A stretch of 64,000 nucleotides of DNA from Marsupella aquatica. Taxonomy: Eukaryota > Plantae > Marchantiophyta. The notes below the pieces were generated by a model. That model was not told the DNA's origin and searched no databases. It saw only the letters and a program-made list of their open reading frames with translations. Positions 1-19,055 of this stretch are shown here, in pieces. Position 1 is the stretch's first letter. Each line of letters opens with the position of its first letter. The stretch lies in assembly GCA_973895155.1 (NCBI GenBank), contig OZ316898.1, positions 13,546,330 through 13,610,329 on the forward strand, read 5' to 3'. A program made the position numbers and the translations under genes.

Positions 1-893
1 ATGACTAGAAATTTCAGTTAGCCTCCCTGGCCAAGACTCTGTGGGAAATTCATCATGAATACTTCAGTCAGGTTTTCTTTTGGTTTGAGATGGGTCACAA
101 CAACCTTGCCTGTGGGTCAACTGAACATCATCAAATTTGACCTTTATTCCAAAGGGCATCAATGATTTTTGAAGGGTGCTGAGCATTTGCACTGCTCATT
201 GTTAGTGCAAACACTGGTGCACTAACCGCCCACTAACACCCAAGTTAGTGGAAGTAGTGCTTTTAGGGAACCGCAGACTTTTGACCAGCAACTGGTTCTA
301 CAACCCTCTAATGAGTCAGGTGAAATCTCCATGGAACAGCTGGTTGGAGGGGCCCTAATTGATCTCCACATTTACAAGAAACTCTCAGATGCACTTTCAT
401 TTGCCGCTAGGATGGACTGCAGTAAACCCTCTTGCCCACTCCTATAAAACATATTACACAGATGTGTGAAATGTGGCAAGAAAATGATAAAGTCAGCTTT
501 GGAGATTTGGAGATTCCTAATTCTCAGTGAAATTTAACTATGTAAAGCTCATTGGAAAGATTTGTCCATGCTGGTCTAACAAACCCCCCAAAAGCTATTA
601 TATGGGGTATAGAAGGGAAGGGAAGGGAAGGGAAGTGAAGTGAATGTCAAAGTTAGGTTTTAAAACACTTTCGAAAGCTCAAGTGTGTACAGGGAGTGCT
701 GGAGTCATCTTTAGAAAATAGTAACTCTGTTAATTATTCATGATTACTGGACATATAACACTGAAGTCTACTCCTAAAGGCCTAGGTCTAGAGTGAAGCT
801 TATAGACCGTAACTCCCAATGCAGACAACATTGATAATGAAGTTCAATAAGGTCAAAATTCTAAATGAGTATGGACCAAAGTGACATTAACTC

Positions 894-1299
894 TGTCACA
901 CCATTCTAGGTAGTGTTAGAGTGTATCGTACTATCTAGATCCATATGTTTGATATATGTGCTATATGAGTCGATAAAGTTCCGTTAGGTTTGTATGAGAG
1001 AATAGTTCTCTCTTGTGTGGTGGCTATGGTGACAAAGAGCTCTCTCTATGTAGCATGGATTCCTTGAGTGCAAGGTGCATTGGCTCGACATATGTGTGTG
1101 ATCGGATCGGACGAGATTGAGTGCATTTTGGCGTCGATCGTGGTTCGATTCTATTGAGATTATTGTGGGTTTTGGACATGTGTGGACATGAGTTACACTT
1201 GTATTTCATTCTCTTGTGTTTGTGATGTGGCAGTGTGACTATTTCTGGATGTCTTTGACAAGCAATGTATGTTGTGTAGCGATGTGTATGCGCATGACA
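894..1299 (+). mobile_element. Solo A+B terminal repeat of the DNMT-carrying Gypsy family (diverged copy)
   Basis: Begins TGTCACACCATTCTAGG and ends CGCATGACA; homologous to 38832-39298 with substitutions and a ~50-bp deletion; flanked by 4-bp direct repeat ACTC (890-893, 1300-1303). Confidence 0.9.
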
Positions 1300-4200
1300 A
1301 CTCCAAAATATACAAAACTGAAATGAGAATGGACAAAAAACAAGGACAAAGACTAATCAAAATAGCATATAAATTTTATTGTGCAAGATTTTTCTTCATA
1401 TCTATTTATGTTCAAGCGTGCGTTCAAGGAATGGGTCTTGGGGCTAGTTAGTTAGTAATGTTCTTGACAAAGTAAGAAAGTGGGCAAAAAATGACTATTT
1501 TGTCCTCCTACAGATTTCTGTGATGCCTTATTGCAGGCCTTGTTGCAAGGTTCAACATTTCAGCCTTACCATGTCACACAAGGCAAGAGCATAGGAAAAC
1601 CTACCAAGGTTTGACCGCTTTCTGTACAGAGTGCTGATTGCTGACTCACAAATGATTCACATAACAGGATTGCAAAGCCCCATATATCATGTTGAGCCCT
1701 AGACTAGAGTGACCATCTATTTCCTTGAGTCACAATTTCAAGGGGGCAACAGTCCAGGTGATTTCTAGTATGATGGACAGTCAATGCAATATTTGACAAG
1801 ATGCTCAGATTGACTGCCAAACCCAGTTTGAAGCGCTGTTTTTTACTCGACTTTTTCTTGGTATGAGTATTGACAATTTTGTTGTCAAAAAGACCATGGT
1901 CTGTTGGAGTCCTGAATTCAAACATGGAAGTCCATCTTGGCATTAACTTTTGTGAATTGTATAATTCATTGAATGCCAATTGGATCCATTCTACAACAAA
2001 TAAGTATTGGATTCCCTTTTGTTAATAATATAGTATAATGATGGCTGGCTGTTTCCACTTTGGAAGATATTTGGTATCCAAAATTGAAGAATCCAGAAAG
2101 AGTAGTAACTCACTGAAAGCTCACACACTTGGTCATAGCAAGAAGAAAGAGGGGCTGAACTCATCAAGTTGTTGATGCCAAGGGGTGCGCATTGTTGGCT
2201 GTTTGCCAATTCAGTGTAGCCTGCATGTGTTCTTTGCATGAGCATACAGTAGCTACTGTATGTATGTAAGTATCTTCCAAAGTAAAAACAACCAATTTGG
2301 AACTCTAAGCTCAAATGGGATCCTCCTCCAAAACGTTTCCCCTTGGATAAGATTCCTAGCTTGCATGAGATCTATGACAAAATGTAGTTAACTACATTGT
2401 TCTCACAATTAGTGTTACCCATACTCCCCTCCACACTAATTCTGGGGTGCAATAAATTTTTGGCCACACTTATGCATTAGTGTTACCTTAGAAAAGACTT
2501 GACAAGCATTTAAATTTTCTCCTCCTCATCTGAAGAAGGTGGGTGCCCCATGTACATGGACAATTCAGTTGCACTAACTGGTAATTGCAATTTGTGAGCA
2601 AGATTAATATGAATGAACTTTTGCATTTATCAGGCAATCACGCTTTTTTTCTGTCTTATTTGGAAACTTTGTCTTAATTGCTGAATATCATTGCACTACT
2701 TAGGTGATGAGGGAAGCTGGAACTTTATGAAGAGGTCTAATCAGACATGAGTGATGCAACTTTCGTGTCCAAACAATCAAAGAGCAGCACCAAATTCAAT
2801 ATTTCTGCAAAAATGTCTACACCCAAAATTGGACAAATTAATTAATTTTTTACACCACCACTAGAACACCACTTAACTCTATGAATAGGTCAAACGCTAG
2901 ATTTCACTTATCAAAGCTCCATTTACGTAGGTCTACAGTACCTGTATCTCACCCAAGCTTATGACTCTATCCCTGCCACTAATGCAGTCCAAGCATTGGC
3001 CCTTGGCACTAATGGACAGAAATATTTGTCCATAGCTTGTTTAGAGGCAGAGAACACGAGTGCAGCTCATTTTAGCGTGCAATGTGGACAACAACATTTC
3101 ATGACTGTAAGAGCTATCGAGACTCCAGAGGAACTGAAAAGATCCTAATTGGGATGAAAGCTGACAACGGCAGGGTTCATGGGACAGCTCATCAATGTGG
3201 ATTAATTAGTCATGAACACTTAGGTTTCTCCCCAGTCAGAATGATGTCCTCAAAGTTGCACGTAAGCTGTTCCTCGGAGTGGTTCCAGACTCCTATCCTC
3301 AAAGCACATCTTGGGTGGTAGAGAGTGCATTCAACTAATCCTTTAGAAGATGAGCAAAATTTAAATATGAAAGAGTTGAAAGGCTTATTGCATGTAGGCA
3401 GCCCTTTCTTCTGCAACCCTCAATTGAACTGATTGTATCAATGAATTACTGAGAATTTCATACCTGAACCCCCTCCTGCGGCAGGCCTGATGGCATTTGT
3501 TGTGGACAATAATGGGCTAAAGGCCGGAAACATTCCCATAGTCTCAACGTCTGAAATGTGGATACAAGAAGTGTCTCTGTAAAATTCTTGTTGAAAATTA
3601 AGAAGAAGGGAGACTAGAAGGGCTTGCTCACTTGATATGTAGCAGGGCCAGAAGATAATGTGGGCCATTGCAATCCGCTATTTCTTTGCCCTATAGGGAA
3701 TGCAAAGGACCTAAATTCATGGGGCTGCCTACATGCAAGACAGCCCTTAGTGGATGCGAGGTGGATGCTTAGAGCTTGTGGGCCAGATGAACACTCTCAG
3801 AGGATGACTCCAAGCTACAGTTGGACAAAACCCCTAGGGCACCAGTGACCACTGGTCCTCCTTGCTGCTCCACCGGTCCTCAGTTCTGCTGCCCCTTGTG
3901 TATGCTGCTATTCGAATGGAATTCATTTGGTTTATTTCAAAGGAAAAGAATCCTAGAGCTATTCTTCAACAGACATTCATGAGTACTGAATATGTGGGCA
4001 GCTCCTTGTGCCCTGCTGGTAATCACACATCAAAATGTGGCTGCATTCATTGATTGAAAGAAAAAAACTAGGATTATCACGGTATGTAAGGGTGCCATAT
4101 ATAGTATATGTCATATTTTGATGTGCAGTTACCGAGACCCCTCCTTGTGATGAGATTCTGACACAACAAGAGGCACTGTAATGATTAATCTAAAATAGGG

Positions 4201-5405
4201 GACAATCTAATTAAACACAGAATCTAAATTACACAAGCAAGGATTACTACTACAGGAAGGAAAAATCCTCAAACATGGCTCTGGTCACAAATCATTCAAA
4301 TATTAAACCTCTACGTAAACTACCTTACATAGAGATGCCTCATGCATCTTAATGTAAAAAAAACGCACCAGAAATAAAGATTGGGAACTTAAAAAATTTC
4401 ATTAGATCAAAGTTACATGAAAGTTTCTGCAGACCAAAATAGGTCCCTCACAAGTTTCAATTGCTTTTCTACAAAATTTGACCTTGGTTACTTACTAACC
4501 AAAGTCAAATTGTGAGTTAGATGTACTGCTCAGAACTATGGTGACCAAGGGGGCATTGGGTTTGAACACATGTGCAAAGAGGTTGCACACTTCCAAAACT
4601 TTTTAGAAAGTTTTGGTTCAAAGTTTGCATGAAACTAAGTCTCAAATAAAACATCAGTACACAATAAGTACGAAGAGGTTTACTGGAGCTAATATTTCTG
4701 ACCCTTTTGGTGCACCATAGTGGAGACAAAAAGGTTCAGAATGATCGCTGCAGTTGACCAGCACACAAATGTGTTTCTCCAAACAAAGCCATTTCCTTAT
4801 TGAATAGAAGGGGACACAACTCACAAAGAATGCCAATCTACCTTTTGCTCAGCAAGCAACTAAGCTGACAAGGTAGAAAAACATCAGCTACTACAGTCAC
4901 TTGGAAAAGCACTGCAGTAGGTGGAGGTGAGCTATGAACTGCGAAATGCAATTGCGTACCTACCTCGCTTTATCAATGCTGCTGCCTGAATCAAGGCACC
5001 ATGTCAAAAAACCTTCGCTATGGCTCACTCTCGAGCAACAGAAGGCATTGTATTGTTGTATATATTGTATTGTCCTTTGCTGATCTGTAGCTCTTCAGAC
5101 ACAGATCAGCAAACTCTAGCTGGATAGGAACCGAACCCCGATCCACATTTTGGTGCAGAGGTACCTTTGGTTGAGAGAGATCTTCAGTCGAGGAATGATT
5201 TGAGTTCAGGGTGGTCGGATGGTTGATGGATCTTCAAAATATAAACCAAGAGAGAGCAAGGCTGACACAAAGGCCGGCTCTTCGGAGTAAAATATACACA
5301 CATTCACAACCCAGACTGATTGGATTTCTTCGTAATAACGCGAGTGAGGCTGCACAGGAATCATGTCCACAGATCGGCAGGTAGGTAGGATGAGGCTACC
5401 GTTTG

Positions 5406-11986
<6,581 letters not shown>

Positions 11987-13553
11987 CACGCTCTGAACCC
12001 CCCACAAGTTATGAATGGGATGACAAGCCTTGCCGCATCTGCTGTTCGCTAGTTTAGGTGCACCGGTGCTTGGAAGTACGAGTCATCGACAGCCGAGCTT
12101 ACGGGTTCTGTCTGCGTCGAGAAGGATCCACCGGCCATGAGATGGTCCTGCATGTAGCTTCACGAGCGGCATCTCCTAGTCAGTTTTGCCAACCCACGTC
12201 GACCCTGCGTACGAGATACAAATGAAAGCATCGAAGACTGGTGGACATGAATGAGGGTTGGTGCTTCAGAAGAACGCGTATTTCTGGAGATAAAACTCAG
12301 AAACGGCAAGAGAGCAATGCGTTCTTAGATGACGCAGCTGACCAACTCCAATGTAGGGTGGGGGATCTTGAGGCGGACATTGATGAAATCAAACCAGCAA
12401 AACTAACATGAGCGCACGGTAAAATTGAACCTTCCAAGAGGTTAATTAACAGAGATGCAGCGTCCTTGAGGAGAGCGAGTGCCTGTCTACAGACGCAGCA
12501 GAAGGTAAACGGAAGACGATGATGGCAGGTGAAGTTCTGTTGCGGAGGAACTGAGAGATTTGGAGAGTAATAACAAAGGAATTCGGGTGGAGGGATGAGG
12601 CAAACTTAGCGACTTTTTGAGGAAAATCAGCTCACTGCAGCTACGATGCGATTCCAGAGAGGGAGGGAAAACAAATTTAAGGTCGGTTCTGTAGCTGCCT
12701 CGGAGCTACGAAATTCGTCACTACAGAGGTCGCTACAACAAGCCTCTTTACGAGTACACCACAACAACCACAATCTCATCCAATCCTAAACCCATCGCAT
12801 GACACCTTCCTTCCCACTTGCTCCTACCAGATCATCTCAAGTCATGCTCAATCCTCTCACATTGCCGTAAAATCACTTCCTGGTGCTCTCTCGGAATTCT
12901 CAAACCAAGAATGCTCTTTCGGATCGATGCAGTTGGTACTCCTGCTAGAAACCCAGTAGAATACCTCGATGGGATTGCCTCCCACCGAATCACACCAAAC
13001 CAAACCACGAGGAAGTAGAGTGTTAATGCCCACCCACAAATGCTCCGCTCCTCCGTAGCGGCCTGTCTGCGCGAAAGGAATTTGCTTGACGTCCTTGCAA
13101 CGAACGAATTCTCCTTCTCCAGGCTCTCGTTATCCTCAATTCCACCTGCTACTCTCCTCCCGGTCGTCTCCTGTCCTCCCTCTCATCCCATCTCATCTAA
13201 TCCAATTCCTATTGTGACAGGGTCGATAGATAGATTCAGACACTTCACAGAACTCTTCAAAGACATTCTCCGCGACAAGTCTTTCGGCGTGCTGCACATT
13301 AGGAGGATTTCTCGTTCGATTTTCCCCAATTTCGCGAACAAGCATACAAAAAGAATTGAATCACAGCACTGTGTAGCACGAAAACAGTTCGCCCATTCCG
13401 GAATTCCCGTAGAGGAGAGACACGACCACTTTGAAACGCAGAGAGAAGAACTTGTTGACACTCATACAGCATATGGTTCGGCGCGGCCCGATGCACAGCA
13501 TACGGTTCGGCGCAGCTCTGGTGTCACATGACTGACGGACTGTGCAGGACGAG

Positions 13554-13819
13554 GAATACAGTTACACGGTCATACACGCTGTAAGTGCTCGGCCAGCGTA
13601 ATGAATACAGTTACACAGTCATACACGCTGTGAGTGTTCGTCCAGCGTAATTCGTAAGGTTTTTGCCAGGGTGGCGAATGTCACCTATATATATCACATT
13701 TTCAAAGAACAAACACGGTAAACCTGCACAGGGTCCCAAAGCCCTTGCAAAGCCGAAGGAACCCAATAAAACCGGCACAGGGTCCCAAAGCCCTCGCAAA
13801 GCCGAAGGAACCCAATAAA
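13554..13819. repeat. Two short tandem duplications (~48 bp and ~45 bp) upstream of NEK
   Basis: GAATACAGTTACAC.GTCATACACGCTGT...CCAGCGTAAT twice (13554-13651); CACAGGGTCCCAAAGCCCT.GCAAAGCCGAAGGAACCCAATAAA twice (13727-13819). Confidence 0.8.
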
Positions 13820-16330
13820 GGGGGGAGAAGGGGGAACGACCAAAGAGGCCCAATACCTTGTGCAAAGTAATTGTAAGGTGTTTTTGGTTCTGCCAGGTTG
13901 GCTAATGTCACCTTGTGTGAAGGAATAGATTATTGATAGACCTTAGATCAGTGTACCCAAAATCTCAAGTGTCCCATCAAATAATACTTTTCATTTTGGG
14001 GGGTCTATCAAGCAAATATCTCAGTTAGATCTAACTTTTGACGATTAGGTCTTGCTAGATGTAAGATGACAATCAGATTCTGGCTACTGGGTCTGTTACT
14101 ATGTGGGAAATTGGTTGATGAAAGATAAAAAAAATGTTGCAAATTTTTACATTTCAGTGGGTGGAACCCACAGAATTTTCCACACTAAAAAATTGTGTCT
14201 CCATAGCATGAGTCCAGTGTAATTCTTAAGGAATATTCTCTGTTTAAAATTTGCAAAATTTGTTGCTGTATTGTTTTGTACGGTCATCTAATTCCTGGAA
14301 ATTTGGAGAGTTGGCAGAGTTTAGCTAATAGGCCATGTGACTTGGTGAGGGACTGGCTAATGAAATATGTCCAGGGTAAATGTTCATGTTTGTTTTAGTT
14401 CAGAGGGTCACCCTATTCATTAAAAGTGTATTTTATTTTGTTCACTTTTAGGCCTCGAAATGTACACTTTTTGGTCTCTAAATGTACACTTTTTAACCCC
14501 AAAAGGTATATTATAGTACAATACTCTACACCTAAATGGTCAATTGTAAACTTGATAGAGGAAAAATGACCTTTACTAGAAGGAGTCTCATCCTAGTTCA
14601 TTTACAAAAGATGAACATGGTGGTATGTTTGATGACCATCACCTTTATTTCTTGCCCAAATGTACACTTTCTATTGCCCAAATGTTCATAAATTGAATAA
14701 TAATTCACTTTTAATGAATATATTGGTGGTGACTAATATTATCTTGTGCATGTGCAACAAGGAGGGGATGTAAGGAATACATTATACTCAAATTTCCTAG
14801 AATGCTATATATTTTTACCATAAGGTTTCGCTAGCTTGAGGAGAGTTGTGAGACTAGACTTGTGAAAGTGGCAAATGAAACCCAAAACTTGTGAAGTTCC
14901 ACAAAAAGTGGCTAATGTTTCCGGATGAGGTAGAATTTGGCAAAATTTAATCACTTAAAAAATGCTGCCGACCCATGTCCTGGACAGAAGAGACCTAGTG
15001 GGGAATACAAGAACTTGGTGTGGCACACTGTTGAACAGGCTTGTGCTTTGTCACCCATTTTTTCTGGAAGTGCTACTCACAGTTCTTCTGGATCACTTAG
15101 TCTTGAACATTTTATTTGCCAAAACAAACCTAGTGTACAACCAGACGAGTGACCGTCACAAGTTAAGGGGAATCTTACTCCCTCCTACCTCTTCATGTGC
15201 CGATTCAAAAATTTGGAACCCCCTCACCACTCTTTTTTCCTTTGTAGTTTCACCCCAGGGTCCTCACTTCTTTTCTTCTAACCCATCACGCGCAAATAAG
15301 TATAGGGTTTTTTTATTGGGTTTAGTGAAATACTTTTAAATTTTTGTTGAAGAACATTAGGGTTATTTTAATCCAATTTTGAGAATTATAAGAATCATAC
15401 GGTTTTTAAATCAAATATGGGAATGTTTTTGGAATCATTAAGTTAGGGGTAAAACAATTCCTAAAACTTAACTTTTAGGGTGTTTATTTCCCCAAAACTT
15501 CGAGCATGATATGGGGCACCCCTTGGATTGAGGCCTCCGAGAGTTTCACACAAGGTTCCTGACCGTACTCACCTTGCTAGCTTGGCTAGGAGGTTCTGAG
15601 TCTCATATTCCCCAGCCAGTGTTGCTAAGTCTGAGAGTTTCAAATTTTTATGGTAAAAAAGAGTGATGGTTACACTTGCCAACCCAGGGCCTGTTTGGGG
15701 GCCATCAGTTACCCTACCCTTTCACCCTCCCTCATGGTGTATCTGCTGTATTTGTACAGTACTATTTTGTCCCTGCATATTTTAAATCTGGCCCTTCCTC
15801 CTAGGCTACAAGGAGAAGTCTTCCACCCTCCCTTAATATGGGTCTATCTGCTGTATCTTGCTCGTCACTGCAGTATGTAATACCTGTATATTCCAAATGT
15901 GATTGCCAACTTTGGGAAACAAGAACACAAGAACAGCAGAATCCACTGCATGTTGACAAAGGAACCGAAGGTCAAAATTTTCTAATCATAAACTTTGGGA
16001 AACTAGAAGAGTGTGAGCGGGTGACAGTGTAAAGGGTGCCACAGTCCATGGGGATTGTATGGTTCACAAGCTTGGTCCATGTTGGCTTCAGATTCCTGGT
16101 TGCCAGAACCAAGTACACCTTAAAATGGTAGAAGATATACTGTACTTTAGATGTGTTAGACACCTCTCTCCATGACATACTTCCAATTGTCATATTTAGG
16201 TGACTTTAACTCTACTCACTTGTCTCTATTAAAAACACCGTGTTTATCTGCAAAAAATTGATCTATCTTTAGTTTTGACTAACCGTTTTGTCCTAAAATG
16301 GCCCCAAACTGTATAATGGTGCATAGTAGT

Positions 16331-16690
16331 GTCCACTGTATAGTAAAAACCATCTTGTCACAAATAGTATTGTTGAGTCTATTGTGACCACATAGCTTTT
16401 TCATCACTAGCATCGTTTAATAAGATACCCTTCAACAAATAGAAAACATTGCGTCTGGATCGACTTCTTAGTGCCCCAGGCAAACTGTAGTTTATATAGC
16501 ATTGTTCACTGTATAGCCAAAAACCATATTGTCATCAATAGTATTGTTCAGTGAGTGTGACCACATTGCTTTTTGGCCACTGACCTCGTTATTATTGATA
16601 AGATACCGTTCGAGGAAAAAAGAAAACATTTAGTCCAGATCGACGATGCCTTAGAACACGCGTGTACCTGTCCCCAAACTACTGTAATGC
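16331..16690. repeat. Degenerate ~175-bp tandem duplication, probable TE remnant
   Basis: CACTGTATAG..AAAAACCAT.TTGTCA..AATAGTATTGTT...TAAGATACC...AGAAAACATT occurs twice. Confidence 0.6.
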
Positions 16691-17390
16691 GCGGGCCGAG
16701 GAGGTATAAGCGGAGGCAAGACCTCAAAGGACACTTCCTCAAGGCAGGACCGTGAGCACCCTGGCCTGGCGCGCTCTATGTACCTGTACTACTGCTGTAC
16801 CAGGTGGCACCTTCCTTCCATGCCCGATGCCACCATCCATGGATCGTGCCAGGGACTGGATCAGTGGACCTTAAACTGTTTGAAGAATTGCAGTACAGTA
16901 CCTGGACCACCGAGGCTCAAAGGAGAGTACTACGGTAGTCCACTGCTCTATCGTAGTCCACCTCTCTACATTAGGGCATCTCAAACGTGCTGTTTTCCCC
17001 TTTTTGATGGTTTTTTTTTTTTTCACAATTTGCCTTTGTGAAAAATTTGTGCCTGTAACCATGCCCGAAGCCCAATTTGTTTTGGGCGAACATAACATAA
17101 TGCAGAGGGTTTTCTGGTCAAGTGAGCACCAGCAATTTTTGAATGGGAGCCAATAATTCTTGAAAGGTGCTGATGCATATTGCACGAAGGGATTTTTGTT
17201 GCAGATGCTGGTATGCTGCCCAAGTTGCCAATGGTCAGGTTTACAAAACTGCGGGGTTTGGGTCAGTGACCCAATACACAATATTCTGGTTGCAGGAAAC
17301 CTCTGCGAAGGAGCTGATTTGCCCTAGTATGGTACTGTAGTTAGGTACAATGATAGACTTGATGGGCCTAGTGTTTATTAAAGGGTCATA

Positions 17391-17719
17391 TGTCACACCA
17401 TTCTAGGTAGTGTTAGAGTGTATCGTACTATCTAGATCCGTATGTTTGGTATGTGTGCTATATGAGCCGATAAGGTTCCGTCAGGTTTGTGTGAGAGGGT
17501 ACTTCTCACTTGTGAGGCATTGAAAGGTCATCTTTCAATGTTGAGCCTTGGAGAGAGAGGAGCTTGAGTGTGGCTATGGTGACTGTGAGCTCCGCTTGTG
17601 TAACGTGGATTCCTTGAGTAGTGCAAGGTGCGTTGGCTTGACATATGTGTGTGATCGGATCGGTGCGGGATCGATGGGGTATTGTTGACCGGGATCGTTG
17701 TGCCGATTGTATGGAGATT
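17391..17719 (+). repeat. Split repeat A1 (329 bp)
   Basis: Identical by eye to A2 at 38832-39160. Confidence 0.95.
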
Positions 17720-17731
17720 ACATTGAAAGAT
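17720..17731 (+). promoter_or_regulatory. Putative self-priming primer-binding site
   Basis: ACATTGAAAGAT directly after A1 is the exact reverse complement of ATCTTTCAATGT at 17530-17541; no TGG-type tRNA PBS present. Confidence 0.6.
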
Positions 17732-19055
17732 CATGAGCTTCAAACTCTGTTGTGCGGACAGAAGCTCAGTCTGAGTTTGTCGTTGACGGTGACGGTTCGT
17801 GGTAGCTCGAATCAATTGGATTTGTGTTTGACGCGGATTCATGTTTCTTGAATCGTTGGTTCTATTGTTTGAGTACTTTGTTGCTATTCGATCTGGTTCT
17901 GGCCAAGCTTGAACGTTGTTGGATCTGGATCTGGATTGAGTCGGAGTCCAGATCTGGATCTGGAAAGAGATGGCCGAAGGTTGCAGCTTGTATCGCACTG
18001 CTGTTTTGTGGACAGATCTGTTGGAATTTTGAGTGCTCGCAGCGTTTTATTGTCAAGGGGCGCTCGCGAAATGTCCCAGAACCGTGCGCGACAGGTTTGC
18101 AGAGGTCGAGAGCCATCGACGTTGCCGTTTTTGTGAAGGAAATTGCTGCTTTTGAGTGGCAAATGTTGCCATTTCTGAGCCCGACGACTTCTGTTTTGTA
18201 TACACACACAACTGTGCGCGCATAAGGCGACGCATGAGGTCACCCATCCCGAAAGTGCTCCCAACTGCGAGCACAAAGTCACCCATCGCGAGCGCAAGCA
18301 GGCACGAGGTCGAGGTCACCCATCCCGGGGCTATTCCGGGTCGTGAGCGCGAGGGGAGGCACGAGGTCAAGCGCGAGGAGGTCACCCATCCCAGGGCTAC
18401 TCCCAGCCGCAAGCGCTTAACTGGCAAGTTCTCATCCCACCTTATGTACACACAAGTTTTCATAACTTGTTGTTTAGATTCAAGCGCCAGGGGGCTTTAT
18501 ACACTTTCCTGTTTGCTTAGAGCCTTGTTTCGGGCCAAATTAGAGGCTCTTTAGAGGTTTTTGATAGTTCTGAGTTCATCTAAATATACACATTGAACCA
18601 ATTGTGCATGGTTTCTCATCTATAACATTGGGACATCATGAAGCCTATTATGAAGGCCTTTCATTGAACATTATGAATATTTGTTTGATCAATGTGTGAT
18701 CATTCTTGGTGTGGAGAGTTAGTGTTTGACTATTCTTGTTGATTGGATCCTCTCCACACTTGTTTCCTATTTATGCGCCATGTTGGTTCGGTGTGGGCGC
18801 TTGATTCCATAGGAGTGATCCGGGTTTGCAACTGGACATTCTAGTGTGCTGTGTATTTCTCTCCTGGTGATGTTGGAGTGATGCCCAACACACCATGGTG
18901 AATGCTTGTGGTGCTGACAGGGATAGATTGCCCTTAGGGTTAGCACATAGATTAGGTTAGGGTTGGTCACCACAGATTCTTCTGGTGCTGCTGGATGACC
19001 CGATGGACGACGGACCGGTTTCACTCGGAGTGGGGCACAGTTTCGGCCAGCGGCA

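Noticed and set aside
1300-4900. Short ORFs in CpG-poor DNA, possibly old TE coding remnants
   Set aside because: No diagnostic domains, termini or TSDs identified.
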